A stretch of 32,000 nt of DNA, taken from positions 2,940,001 to 2,972,000 of the forward strand of contig CP060262.1 of NCBI GenBank assembly GCA_022646745.1. Reading direction: 5' to 3'. Shown here piece after piece: positions 8,460-15,704 of this stretch. How positions within the stretch are numbered: position 1 is the stretch's first letter; every line of letters starts with the position of its first letter. The stretch comes from Planctomycetales bacterium (GTDB taxonomy: Bacteria > 4484-113 > JAFGCY01). A program made the position numbers and the translations under genes. The notes under the pieces are model-generated. The model had not been told where the DNA came from. It was given only the letters and a program-made list of their open reading frames with translations, and did not search any database.

Positions 8460-8978
8460 CTACTGCCTCTCTTCCCCCTCACCAAGCTGTAGCCCGATCC
8501 AGACCATGTCCGTCATCGGCGCCGGATGTCCCAGCTGGCGGCACATGGCAACGATCTGGCCCTTGTGGTGGTAGGCATGCGTCATCAGGTGCAGCAGCAT
8601 CTCAGCGGGGATCCCGGTGTTGAACCAGCCGTTGTCATTCACCTCGCGCTCGCTGTTCAATGCTTCATCACTTTCGCTTTCCAGCCAGCGCCGGGTGGCG
8701 GCCGCCACCTCCATCCTGTAGGCCTCCAGCTCAGGCGGGCTCTGCAGGTCCTCGGCGTGTTCCCAGTCATGGTCCGCACCACCGCCCTGGATCGCCTTGA
8801 CCCAGAAGGCCTCCACATCCAGCATGTGGCAGAGCTGGGCCCGCACCGATGGCGCAGCGAAACCTTCCAGCGGCTGGCGGAACTTCTCCTGCGGCAGCGT
8901 GAGCACATGCTCCATCATCCGCCTCAGGCCCTCATGCGCCATTTCGTGATAGCGCAGCAGATCAATTGATGTAAACAT
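8460..8978 (-). CDS. DinB-family protein (paralog 2 of 3)
   Basis: 172-aa ORF with YHEMAHEG, DVEAFW and LMTHAYHHKGQIVAMCRQLG. TATACT (rc of 8985-8990) lies 6 nt before the ATG. Confidence 0.85.
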   Translation of the reverse strand: MFTSIDLLRYHEMAHEGLRRMMEHVLTLPQEKFRQPLEGFAAPSVRAQLCHMLDVEAFWVKAIQGGGADHDWEHAEDLQSPPELEAYRMEVAAATRRWLESESDEALNSEREVNDNGWFNTGIPAEMLLHLMTHAYHHKGQIVAMCRQLGHPAPMTDMVWIGLQLGEGEERQ

Positions 8979-9020
8979 GCGTTTAGTATAGCACGGGTGG
9001 TGCGACTTAAGTCACACTAA

Positions 9021-9125
9021 CAGCAATGAGGGCTGAGTGATGAGCAATGAGCCTGAGTCTCTTCGTGGTAACCTCGGTTCAGGTCAGACTCATTGCTCAC
9101 TCTTCACTCTTCATTGCTCATTGCT
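9021..9125. repeat. ~105-nt hairpin element, copy 2
   Basis: Same 11-bp stem TGAGCAATGAG (9041-9051) / CTCATTGCTCA (9089-9099), again enclosing exactly 37 nt. Flanks are 7-nt periodic. Overlaps the stop codon of DinB paralog 3. Confidence 0.75.
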
Positions 9126-9675
9126 CCTGATGCTCTGTGAACGGCGGCTGCTCATGCAGCGGGTAGTCCAGGAAGGCGTAGGCCTCCGGCACCGGATGCT
9201 CCAGCGTGCGGCACATCGCGGCCAGCGTGCCCCGGTGGTGGAAGTAATGCGTTGCCACCCGCATCAGCACATGCACCGGGATCTGGACCTCCTTCACGCC
9301 AGGGTCGCAGAACACTTCGCGCGGCCGGACCAGCTCCTCCGGCGTCATCCCACTGATGTAGTCCACCGTCACGGCATACACCCGCTGGCGGTAGTCCTCC
9401 AGCGCGTCGATGTCGGAGAAGTTGGCAATCGTCCAGTCGTACTTCTCCTGCTCGGTGAATGTCTCGCCGTCGGCGAAGCGCCCGGTCAGCACCATCAGCC
9501 AGTACTGCTCGGCATTGATCATGTGGAACAGCTGGCCCTGCACCGAGGGAAAGCCGAAGCCGGGCAGGCGGCGGTGCAGCTCGTCATGGCTGAACCGGCG
9601 GCAGTGCTCGAGGATGTTCTTGTTGCCATGCTGGACCCGCTCCATGATGTCCAGCAGCGCTTCTGGTGTGTACAT
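9118..9675 (-). CDS. DinB-family protein (paralog 3 of 3)
   Basis: ORF track gives 9118..9849. I start at Met-59 (ATG = rc of 9673-9675, MYTPEALLDIMERV...) because that aligns with the other DinB paralogs and has TATCTT 7 nt upstream. Motifs NAEQYW and VATHYFHHRGTLAAMCRTLE. Confidence 0.8.
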   Translation of the reverse strand: MYTPEALLDIMERVQHGNKNILEHCRRFSHDELHRRLPGFGFPSVQGQLFHMINAEQYWLMVLTGRFADGETFTEQEKYDWTIANFSDIDALEDYRQRVYAVTVDYISGMTPEELVRPREVFCDPGVKEVQIPVHVLMRVATHYFHHRGTLAAMCRTLEHPVPEAYAFLDYPLHEQPPFTEHQEQ

Positions 9676-9793
9676 GGGGAAGAAGATAGCAGACAGCAGA
9701 GAGCAGGGGAGCAGGGGAGGTGCGCAACTTGCTTGCGCGCAAGCGGAGGTCTGGCGCGAGCCAGGCGCGGTACGGTGGCGCAAGCCGCACAAC

Positions 9794-9821
9794 GGGTTTC
9801 GGGTGTCCGGTTTCGGGTTTC
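9794..9821. repeat. Heptamer tandem tract (GGGTTTC)x4
   Basis: GGGTTTC GGGTGTC CGGTTTC GGGTTTC. A further tract, AGCAGAC AGCAGAG AGCAGGG, is at 9688-9708 in the same spacer. Confidence 0.7.
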
Positions 9822-10107
9822 TCTCCAGCTGCTGAATTGACAATCCCACTCTTGGATTCGAAACACAGAGCCACAGAGATTTTTAGGAAGTGCAGGACCG
9901 GCGTCGCCCGGCGACGCCAGCACGCGAGCAGTGGCAACAGAGCATGGCGTTTCGCGAGGCAGATACTTCTTGATTCCGCTACCCCCTACAACCCAGATCC
10001 TGCATCCTCAATAGCCACCGGCCTGTTCGCCATTCCCGCCCGTGGATTTCGCCTGCGGCTCAATCCCTACCCGGAATGTCCGGCGGCATTGATTTATCTG
10101 GCACCTG

Positions 10108-10863
10108 CTACAAGTTTGCATCGAGTGCTTCAAGAAACTCAATAATGTTGCTTGCATTTCGTTCTCTTGCCAGATCGAGAGCTGTCCTGCCTTCACTGCT
10201 TGTCGCTCCCGTGTCAGCATCATTTGCTATGAGGAGCGTTACTAGTTCCAGACATTCTGCTTCAACGGCAAAATGTAGAGGCGTGTATTCAACGTCGGGA
10301 CCAGGCCAATCTTCGCAGACGGCATTCACATCTGCACCGGCTTGAACCAGGATGCGTGCTGTCTCAACAAATCTGGCAGTTTCGGCCGGCGACCCTACCT
10401 CGTCGTCATAATCCCATGCCGGGCAATCAGCTCCGCATCTCATCATGCAGGCTTCATGGAGTGCTGTTGTGCTTGACATCCAGTTTGTATCGACTGGAAC
10501 TCCATGCTGTAGAAGAATTGAAACGATATCTGCGTAGCCGTTGAATGCCGAATTGGCAAGCTCGTTCCACTTTCCCCAGCCGTTTTCATCATGGCAGGCA
10601 GCTACTGCCCCACAGCCGAGCAATTCCTTGACCGCTTCAACATTGTGATAATTAACTGCAACGGATATGAGCGGATATTGATCCATTGAGCCAAGGTTTG
10701 GATCTCCACCCTTGGAAAGATAAAGTCGCAGAAATTCTAGGTTTCCCTTGCCAATCGACTCAGCCAGCCAATCAAACTTTCGTTGCGCTGGCGTCTTCAA
10801 TTGAGTTGCCACTGATTGAAGCCATCGACGAAACTGTAGATATGCATGTTTCCACATCTTCAA
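10108..10863 (-). CDS. Ankyrin-repeat protein
   Basis: 251-aa ORF with several ANK-like units (YPLISVAVNYHNVEAVKELLGCGA; TALHEACMM; TPLHFAVEAECLELVTLLIANDADTGATSSEGRTALDLA). Start is TTG at 10863 or ATG at 10857. Confidence 0.8.
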   Translation of the reverse strand: MKMWKHAYLQFRRWLQSVATQLKTPAQRKFDWLAESIGKGNLEFLRLYLSKGGDPNLGSMDQYPLISVAVNYHNVEAVKELLGCGAVAACHDENGWGKWNELANSAFNGYADIVSILLQHGVPVDTNWMSSTTALHEACMMRCGADCPAWDYDDEVGSPAETARFVETARILVQAGADVNAVCEDWPGPDVEYTPLHFAVEAECLELVTLLIANDADTGATSSEGRTALDLARERNASNIIEFLEALDANL

Positions 10864-10866
10864 TGT

Positions 10867-10915
10867 TCATCCCCTGATCCCCGGTCCCCGATACCAGGTC
10901 CCTGACCCTACATCC
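10867..10915. repeat. Heptamer-periodic tract (CNGNTCC)x6-7
   Basis: TCATCCC CTGATCC CCGGTCC CCGATAC CAGGTCC CTGACCC TACATCC. Fills the 44-nt spacer between the carboxyltransferase stop and the ankyrin start. Confidence 0.65.
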
Positions 10916-12515
10916 TCACAACCCCGAACTTCATATCCCCAATCGGAGCGTGCAAGCTCGCCGCGATGCCCAGCGCCAGCATCTTCCTTGTATCGCGCAG
11001 CCTGATGATGCCGTCGTCCCAGAGCCGAGCAGTGGAGTAGTAGGGGTTGCCCTCGCGCTCATAGGTGTCCAGCACCGGCTGCTTGAAGGTGGCTTCCTCC
11101 TCGGCAGACATCAGCGGCTGGCCGCTGCGTTCATTCTGTTCCTGCTTGACCTGGGCCAGCACGCCGGCGGCCTGCTCCCCACCCATTACCGAGATGCGGC
11201 TATTCGGCCACATCCACAGCATGCGCGGCCCGTAGGCCCGTCCGCACATGCCGTAGTTGCCTGCGCCGTAGCTGCCGCCGATCACCACCGTGAACTTCGG
11301 CACCTGCGCATTGGCAACGGCATGCACCATCTTCGCGCCGTCGCGCGCGATCCCGCCATGCTCGGCGGCGCGGCCCACCATGTAGCCGGTGATGTTCTGC
11401 AGAAAGATGAGGGGGACACGCCGCATGCAGCACATCTCGATGAAGTGCGTGGCCTTCAGCGCGCTTTCCGAGAACAGGATGCCCTGGTTGGCAAGGATGC
11501 CGACGTTGTAGCCCTCGATGCGGGCAAAGCCCGTGATCAGCGTGTCGCCATATTCGCGCTTGAATTCGTGGAAGCGGCTGCCGTCCACGATGCGCGCCAG
11601 CACTTCCTTCACATCATACGGCTTCTTCAGGTCCACCGGCACGATGCCGTACAGCTCCTCCGGGTCATGGCGCGGCTCCTCTGCGGCGATGCGCGACAGA
11701 GGCTGCGGGTCAGGCCGGTTGAGGTTGGCAACGATATCACGCAGGATGCGGATCGCCTGCGGGTCATCCTCAGCCAGCCGGTCAGCCACGCCACTGATGC
11801 GGGTATGCACCTCGCCACCGCCAAGCTCGAGTGCGGAAATCTCCTCCCCGGTGGCGGCCTTCACGAGCGGCGGCCCGGCGAGGAAGATCGTGCCGTTCTT
11901 CGTGATCACCGCCTCGTCCGACATCGCCGGGACGTAGGCCCCGCCCGCCGTGCATGAGCCGAGCACCGCGCTGATCTGCGGGATGTTGCGCGCGCTGAGC
12001 TGCGCCTGGTTGTAGAAGATACGCCCGAAGTCGTCCACGTCCGGGAAGACCTCGCTCTGCAGGGGCAGGAAGGCCCCGCCGCTGTCGACGAGGTAGACGC
12101 AGGGCAGGTGGTTCTCGAGCGCCACCTGCTGCGCGCGCAGGTGTTTCTTCACCGTCATCGGGTGGTAGGTCCCGCCCTTGACCGTGGCATCGTTGGCAAC
12201 CACCACGCAGGTCACGCCGGAGATGACGCCGATGCCGGTCACGATCCCGGCGCTCGGCAGCCAGGTGTCGTACATCTCCCAGCCGGCCAACGTGGACAGC
12301 TCCATCCATGCCGTGCCGGGGTCCAGCAGCAGCGCCAGGCGTTCGCGTACGAACAGCTTGCCCTGGCTTTCATGGCGCTGGCGGTACTTCTCGCCGCCGC
12401 CTTCCTTGACCTGCGCGATGCGCTCATCGAGCTTGCGCTCGAGCGCAAGCTGGGCCTCGCGGTTGGCCCTGAATTCCTCAGAGTTGGTGTTGACCCTCGT
12501 GGACAGCAGTTCCAT
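10908..12515 (-). CDS. Acyl-CoA carboxylase carboxyltransferase (beta) subunit, methylcrotonyl-CoA carboxylase type
   Basis: Long colinear similarity to MCCase beta subunits: [89 protein letters not shown] start at MELLSTRV (rc of 12513-12515), with TACAAT (rc of 12523-12528) 7 nt upstream. The track's longer start at 12590 is rejected. Confidence 0.9.
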   Translation of the reverse strand: MELLSTRVNTNSEEFRANREAQLALERKLDERIAQVKEGGGEKYRQRHESQGKLFVRERLALLLDPGTAWMELSTLAGWEMYDTWLPSAGIVTGIGVISGVTCVVVANDATVKGGTYHPMTVKKHLRAQQVALENHLPCVYLVDSGGAFLPLQSEVFPDVDDFGRIFYNQAQLSARNIPQISAVLGSCTAGGAYVPAMSDEAVITKNGTIFLAGPPLVKAATGEEISALELGGGEVHTRISGVADRLAEDDPQAIRILRDIVANLNRPDPQPLSRIAAEEPRHDPEELYGIVPVDLKKPYDVKEVLARIVDGSRFHEFKREYGDTLITGFARIEGYNVGILANQGILFSESALKATHFIEMCCMRRVPLIFLQNITGYMVGRAAEHGGIARDGAKMVHAVANAQVPKFTVVIGGSYGAGNYGMCGRAYGPRMLWMWPNSRISVMGGEQAAGVLAQVKQEQNERSGQPLMSAEEEATFKQPVLDTYEREGNPYYSTARLWDDGIIRLRDTRKMLALGIAASLHAPIGDMKFGVVRM

Positions 12516-12522
12516 GGGGATT

Positions 12523-12528
12523 ATTGTA
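12523..12528 (-). promoter_or_regulatory. -10 box TACAAT, 7 nt before the ATG (leaderless-type promoter)
   Basis: The rc of ATTGTA is TACAAT. The 7-nt spacing to the start codon recurs across the window. Confidence 0.5.
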
Positions 12529-12713
12529 TTCGGAGGTCTGGCGCAAGCAGGCGCGGAGGTCTGGCGCTGGAGGTGCGGCGCGAGTCGCACAATGGAGCTC
12601 CGGCTTTAGCCGGGGCAGGAGACCTGATGTAGGTAAGGCAGAAGTCAGAAGGCAGTTAGTGGAATGCGAACACCCTGGACCGCCGAGTGCTTGCATGAGG
12701 CGGAAGGGGAATC

Positions 12714-12767
12714 CGGAGTGTAGGTCTTGGACCTACAAGGCCCTGTAGCTCTTGGAGCTACACTCCG
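12714..12767. repeat. Twin-hairpin element, copy 1
   Basis: CGGAGTG [TAGGTC-ttg-GACCTA] caaggccctg [TAGCTC-ttg-GAGCTA] CACTCCG. An outer 7-bp helix encloses two 6-bp hairpins. Overlaps the last codons and stop of the 12758 gene. Confidence 0.75.
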
Positions 12768-13204
12768 CCAATCCGACCTTCGCGCAATGTCTCGCCCACT
12801 GCAAGCACCGGTCCATCCCAGAATGCCAGCACCAGCGCCGTCAGCACCACCAGCGATACTTCCGCCGTCCCTGCGTACTCCAGTGACACTGCTGTGATGC
12901 AGCACTTCAGCAGCGCAATCTGCCCGAACAGGAGTCCAAGCATCGCCACTCGCAGCAGGCGGGACTGCCAGCCGGATTGCGCCAGCGGGAGCTTTGGCAG
13001 CAAGAGCGTGATTGCCAGTGGCAGCAGCTGGAATTCAATGCCGTTCATCACTCCGCTGCCAAGGTATGCGCGGGTCACATGGATGAAGTACGGATCGGAA
13101 AGCACCAGCAGCAGCCAGCAGACGAGCGGCATCGCTGCACATAACAGGCTGACGACCAGACAGGACAGCCATACGCTGCGCTGAAAGCTGCTCCAGTGCT
13201 TCAT
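12758..13204 (-). CDS. Small polytopic membrane protein, paralog 3 of 3
   Basis: 148-aa ORF with ~4 hydrophobic helices. N-terminus MKHWSSFQRSVWLS matches MKYWTPMQRISWLA of the 13730 gene. Shares the (L/F)AFW(D/G) motif near the C-terminus. Confidence 0.75.
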   Translation of the reverse strand: MKHWSSFQRSVWLSCLVVSLLCAAMPLVCWLLLVLSDPYFIHVTRAYLGSGVMNGIEFQLLPLAITLLLPKLPLAQSGWQSRLLRVAMLGLLFGQIALLKCCITAVSLEYAGTAEVSLVVLTALVLAFWDGPVLAVGETLREGRIGGV

Positions 13205-13244
13205 GACAATGCTGACAATGCAAAGTGTATTAGGTAACAGGTAC

Positions 13245-13296
13245 GGAGTGTTGGTCTTAGACCAACAGGGCCATGTAGCTCTAAGAGCTACACTCA
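13245..13296. repeat. Twin-hairpin element, copy 2
   Basis: GGAGTG [TTGGTC-tta-GACCAA] cagggccatg [TAGCTC-taa-GAGCTA] CACTC. In hairpin 1 the stem changes relative to copy 1 (A>T and T>A) are compensatory. Lies just 3' of the 13302 gene. Confidence 0.75.
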
Positions 13297-13301
13297 GTTT
13301 C

Positions 13302-13730
13302 TTACACAGCTTCGTATGCGTTTACTTGATCCCTATCCCAGAATGCCAGCACTACGATAAGTGACAGAATTAGACCGTTCAGCATGGTCATGGAAAGTCC
13401 CGGCGTAGTGGGGAAACCGCCCGTAAACAGTATGAAGCCGTAGTAGATCACAACTGAAACCTGGAGTACCTGGCTGACCAGCATTCCGGGACTGACCAGT
13501 TGCCGCCATAGCAGTACGGCAAGCAGGATGTACAGCGGGAAGTTGGCAAGCACCAGTTCTGCCGGATTGCTGTCCACCCTTACGTTCCATGGCCCGTAGT
13601 CAAAGTGGCTGTAGGTGCTGGTGGCATACAGCTCCGCAAGCCGTGGCAGCAAGGGCAGGGCAATCGCCCAGCCGAGGATGCTGCCAAAGGCCACCCGCTG
13701 CATTGAGAATTCCAGCAATTGCTTTCCCAT
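13302..13730 (-). CDS. Small polytopic membrane protein, paralog 2 of 3
   Basis: Track ORF 13302..13928 is trimmed to MGKQLLEFSMQRVAF (ATG = rc of 13728-13730). This ATG overlaps the upstream gene's stop as TGATG. Hydrophobic helices present, with LAFWDRD near the C-terminus. Confidence 0.7.
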   Translation of the reverse strand: MGKQLLEFSMQRVAFGSILGWAIALPLLPRLAELYATSTYSHFDYGPWNVRVDSNPAELVLANFPLYILLAVLLWRQLVSPGMLVSQVLQVSVVIYYGFILFTGGFPTTPGLSMTMLNGLILSLIVVLAFWDRDQVNAYEAV

Positions 13731-14167
13731 CAGAACAGTCTCGTTCTTAGAATCGACTTTGCCGGTACTGTGTATGCCCCCCAGAATGCGAAAGTTGTCA
13801 GCCAGAGAAGTAAGCTGGCGAACAGCCACAACAGCATAGCGTCTCCTGCTCCATGATAGGGAAACATGATGTAGTTGAAGCAATTGAGAAGGTGCAGCAC
13901 TATGATGCTGACTCTGTTGAGTACCCACCTCGGGTCGCTGAGATAGCCTGCGATCAGGTTGAGCAGCAGCAGTACCAACCCGGTGAAGTTGAACAAGAGC
14001 AGCATGCCGTAGTCAAACCCGAAGTCGTGTATGCCGCCGAGATATTGCTGGCCCCAAGGAGAATAATGCAGCCACAACCAGAACCACAGCGGTGAAGCAA
14101 GGATGAACACACCCCAGCAGATCGTTGCCAGCCAGCTGATCCTCTGCATGGGTGTCCAGTACTTCAT
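13730..14167 (-). CDS. Small polytopic membrane protein, paralog 1 of 3
   Basis: 145-aa ORF with ~4 TM helices. TAATCT (rc of 14175-14180) lies 7 nt before the ATG. Confidence 0.75.
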   Translation of the reverse strand: MKYWTPMQRISWLATICWGVFILASPLWFWLWLHYSPWGQQYLGGIHDFGFDYGMLLLFNFTGLVLLLLNLIAGYLSDPRWVLNRVSIIVLHLLNCFNYIMFPYHGAGDAMLLWLFASLLLWLTTFAFWGAYTVPAKSILRTRLF

Positions 14168-14226
14168 ATAGCTGAGATTACCGGGAAGGATGATTTGTTA
14201 CATTCCAGATGGTTTTGCTCCATCGT

Positions 14227-14247
14227 GCGGCGGCAAAGTGCCGCCGC
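14227..14247. terminator. GC-rich hairpin (9-bp stem)
   Basis: GCGGCGGCA-aag-TGCCGCCGC, in the spacer downstream of the 14340 gene. No clean U-run on the - strand, so terminator function is uncertain. Confidence 0.4.
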
Positions 14248-14264
14248 TACAGTCCGTACTTCTC

Positions 14265-14341
14265 ATTCTGTTTCTGTTTCTGTTTCTGTTTCTGCTTCTG
14301 CCTCATGCCTTCTGCCAACTGCCCACTGCCTACTGACAACT
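14265..14341. repeat. Hexamer microsatellite (TTTCTG) followed by a heptamer tract (GCCNNCT)
   Basis: ATTCTG, four perfect TTTCTG, then CTTCTG (14265-14300). This is followed by GCCTCAT GCCTTCT GCCAACT GCCCACT GCCTACT GACAACT (14300-14341). TTTCTG is the complement of the CAGAAA word at 7753-7790. Confidence 0.85.
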
Positions 14342-15677
14342 ATTCCTCCAGCTCAAGCGGCGAGAGCGGGATGTCAAGCGCCTGGCAGAGCAGCTCGTCA
14401 ATCTCGATGTAGCGGCTGAAGCTGTGCGCTGTCAGCTGTGGCTCGGCTGCTGCATCACCCTGCGCCTGCCCATGCCGGCCCAGCTCCTCGATCCGCAATG
14501 GTGCTGCCACGCCGCCCACTGCCTGCTGCTCCGCCGCACTGAGCGGGATCTTGTCAACCGTCTGGAACATCCCCATCGCCCAGGCACTGCGGTCAGTCAC
14601 AACCGGCTGGCAGAGCAGGGTGTCAAGCTTGAAGTCCGGCAGCGATGTCATGTGTACGCTGCTCTCCCGGTAGAAGTGCAAAAGCATGCAGTCCGGCCCT
14701 ACGCCGACATCGCTCGAGATTGACATCACCCGCCCGTAATGCCAGAAGCCCGGCACCGCCTGGTAGCAGAAGATCGCCCCCGGCTTCTGGAAGCGCAGGC
14801 TGGCAACGAGCTTCGTCATCGCCGTGCCGGCCACGCCCTCACGCCGCCTGAGCCGCTGCGGGTACAGCCGCCGGGCGATGTTGAACGGGCCGGTGCGCTC
14901 CCGGTTGGCGTAGAAGAACACCGCCTCGCGGGGCAGGCCGCAGCGCCGCAGGCTGGCCGTCAGCAGCCGCAGTGCATCCCGCTGCAGTCCCCGGTGCGTG
15001 CGGAAGAACACTGAGCCCCGCGGGCCGTCGGCACTGTCCAGCCGTCCGAGCCCGTTGAGCTGCAGCTGGCGGTTGCCAATCTGCGCCGCTGCATGGATCG
15101 CCGCCTCGCTGAATTCAACCTCGCTGCACTGCAACTCGATCGTGAAGCGCTCATGGGCCCGCCGGTCCACCCCGAATGTGCCCGCCTGCAACTGTCGGTA
15201 GATCGCCGGCTGGCGGATCCTCCAGTACCAGAACGGCTCGCGCTCATTGGCGTAGTCCGGCAGCACGAACTTCAGGTGCGGCGTCGGCGTGAAACGCTGC
15301 TCAATGCGCACCAGCATCCGCCGCCAGTCCGCATACTCTGGGTTATCCTGCCAGCGCAGCTCCAGTTCACTGTCCGTTGCCACCCTGAGCAGCGCGCGGC
15401 GGTAGTCATTGCGTGGCACCGCAGTGCAGTCGAATCTTTCGCGGTCCATCCACTGCCAGGCCTCACGCGGCATGCTGATCTTCTTCACGCGCACCGTGGT
15501 GTTGGCAGCCATCGTTGCACTGCAGACCGCCTCAATTGACAGCTCCAGCGGCAGGCGGCCCTCGCGGGCCAGCACCTGCTGCACCACCGCATCCGGATGC
15601 GCGCTGCCGGCGGCCAGCGCCGCAGTCCAGTGCAGCGCATGCTCATTCTCGAACGGGCCGATTCCCCAGCATTCCAT
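14340..15677 (-). CDS. DUF4259-like N-terminal domain fused to an Imm26-like C-terminal domain (445 aa)
   Basis: N-terminus MECWGIGPFENEHALHW matches the DUF4259 signature (WG-x-G-x-F-(D/E)-N). The C-terminal part, GAIFCYQAVPGFWHYGRVMSI...LLHFY...LPDFKLDTLLCQPVVTDRSAWAMGMFQTVDKIPL, follows the pattern I associate with Imm26 immunity proteins. GATAAT (rc of 15685-15690) lies 7 nt before the ATG. Confidence 0.75.
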   Translation of the reverse strand: MECWGIGPFENEHALHWTAALAAGSAHPDAVVQQVLAREGRLPLELSIEAVCSATMAANTTVRVKKISMPREAWQWMDRERFDCTAVPRNDYRRALLRVATDSELELRWQDNPEYADWRRMLVRIEQRFTPTPHLKFVLPDYANEREPFWYWRIRQPAIYRQLQAGTFGVDRRAHERFTIELQCSEVEFSEAAIHAAAQIGNRQLQLNGLGRLDSADGPRGSVFFRTHRGLQRDALRLLTASLRRCGLPREAVFFYANRERTGPFNIARRLYPQRLRRREGVAGTAMTKLVASLRFQKPGAIFCYQAVPGFWHYGRVMSISSDVGVGPDCMLLHFYRESSVHMTSLPDFKLDTLLCQPVVTDRSAWAMGMFQTVDKIPLSAAEQQAVGGVAAPLRIEELGRHGQAQGDAAAEPQLTAHSFSRYIEIDELLCQALDIPLSPLELEE

Positions 15678-15704
15678 CGGATCAATTATCCCAGCAGGCT
15701 AGAA

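Noticed and set aside
7751-9125. Whether the short spacer repeats could be a CRISPR array.
   Set aside because: The units are 6-7 nt and contiguous, with no 25-40 nt repeats separated by unique spacers. No cas genes are present.
9118-9849. Longer N-terminal extensions offered by the ORF track. These are 9849 for DinB-3, 12590 for the carboxyltransferase, 13928 for the membrane paralog, 30156 for the exonuclease and 15597 for the peptidase.
   Set aside because: The extensions are Arg/Pro-rich and run through spacer repeats or into neighbouring genes. The internal Met aligns with homologues or paralogs and has a -10 box at the recurrent 6-8 nt spacing.
9846-9860. GGATTCGAA string resembling a tRNA T-loop, considered as a possible att or tRNA fragment related to tRNA-Arg at 22319-22391.
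   Set aside because: Only ~9 nt are shared, there is no flanking T-stem or acceptor pairing, and a chance match is likely.
12579-12594. Exact 16-mer CGCGAGTCGCACAATG, also present as its reverse complement at 22235-22250.
   Set aside because: A single 16-nt match in 32 kb of biased composition is not clearly beyond chance. It is noted only as a possible member of the spacer-repeat families.
14195-14419. ORFs reading (TTTCTG)n as FCFCFC or SVSVSV.
   Set aside because: This is a microsatellite in a spacer. The ORFs overlap the 3' end of the 14340 gene on the other strand.
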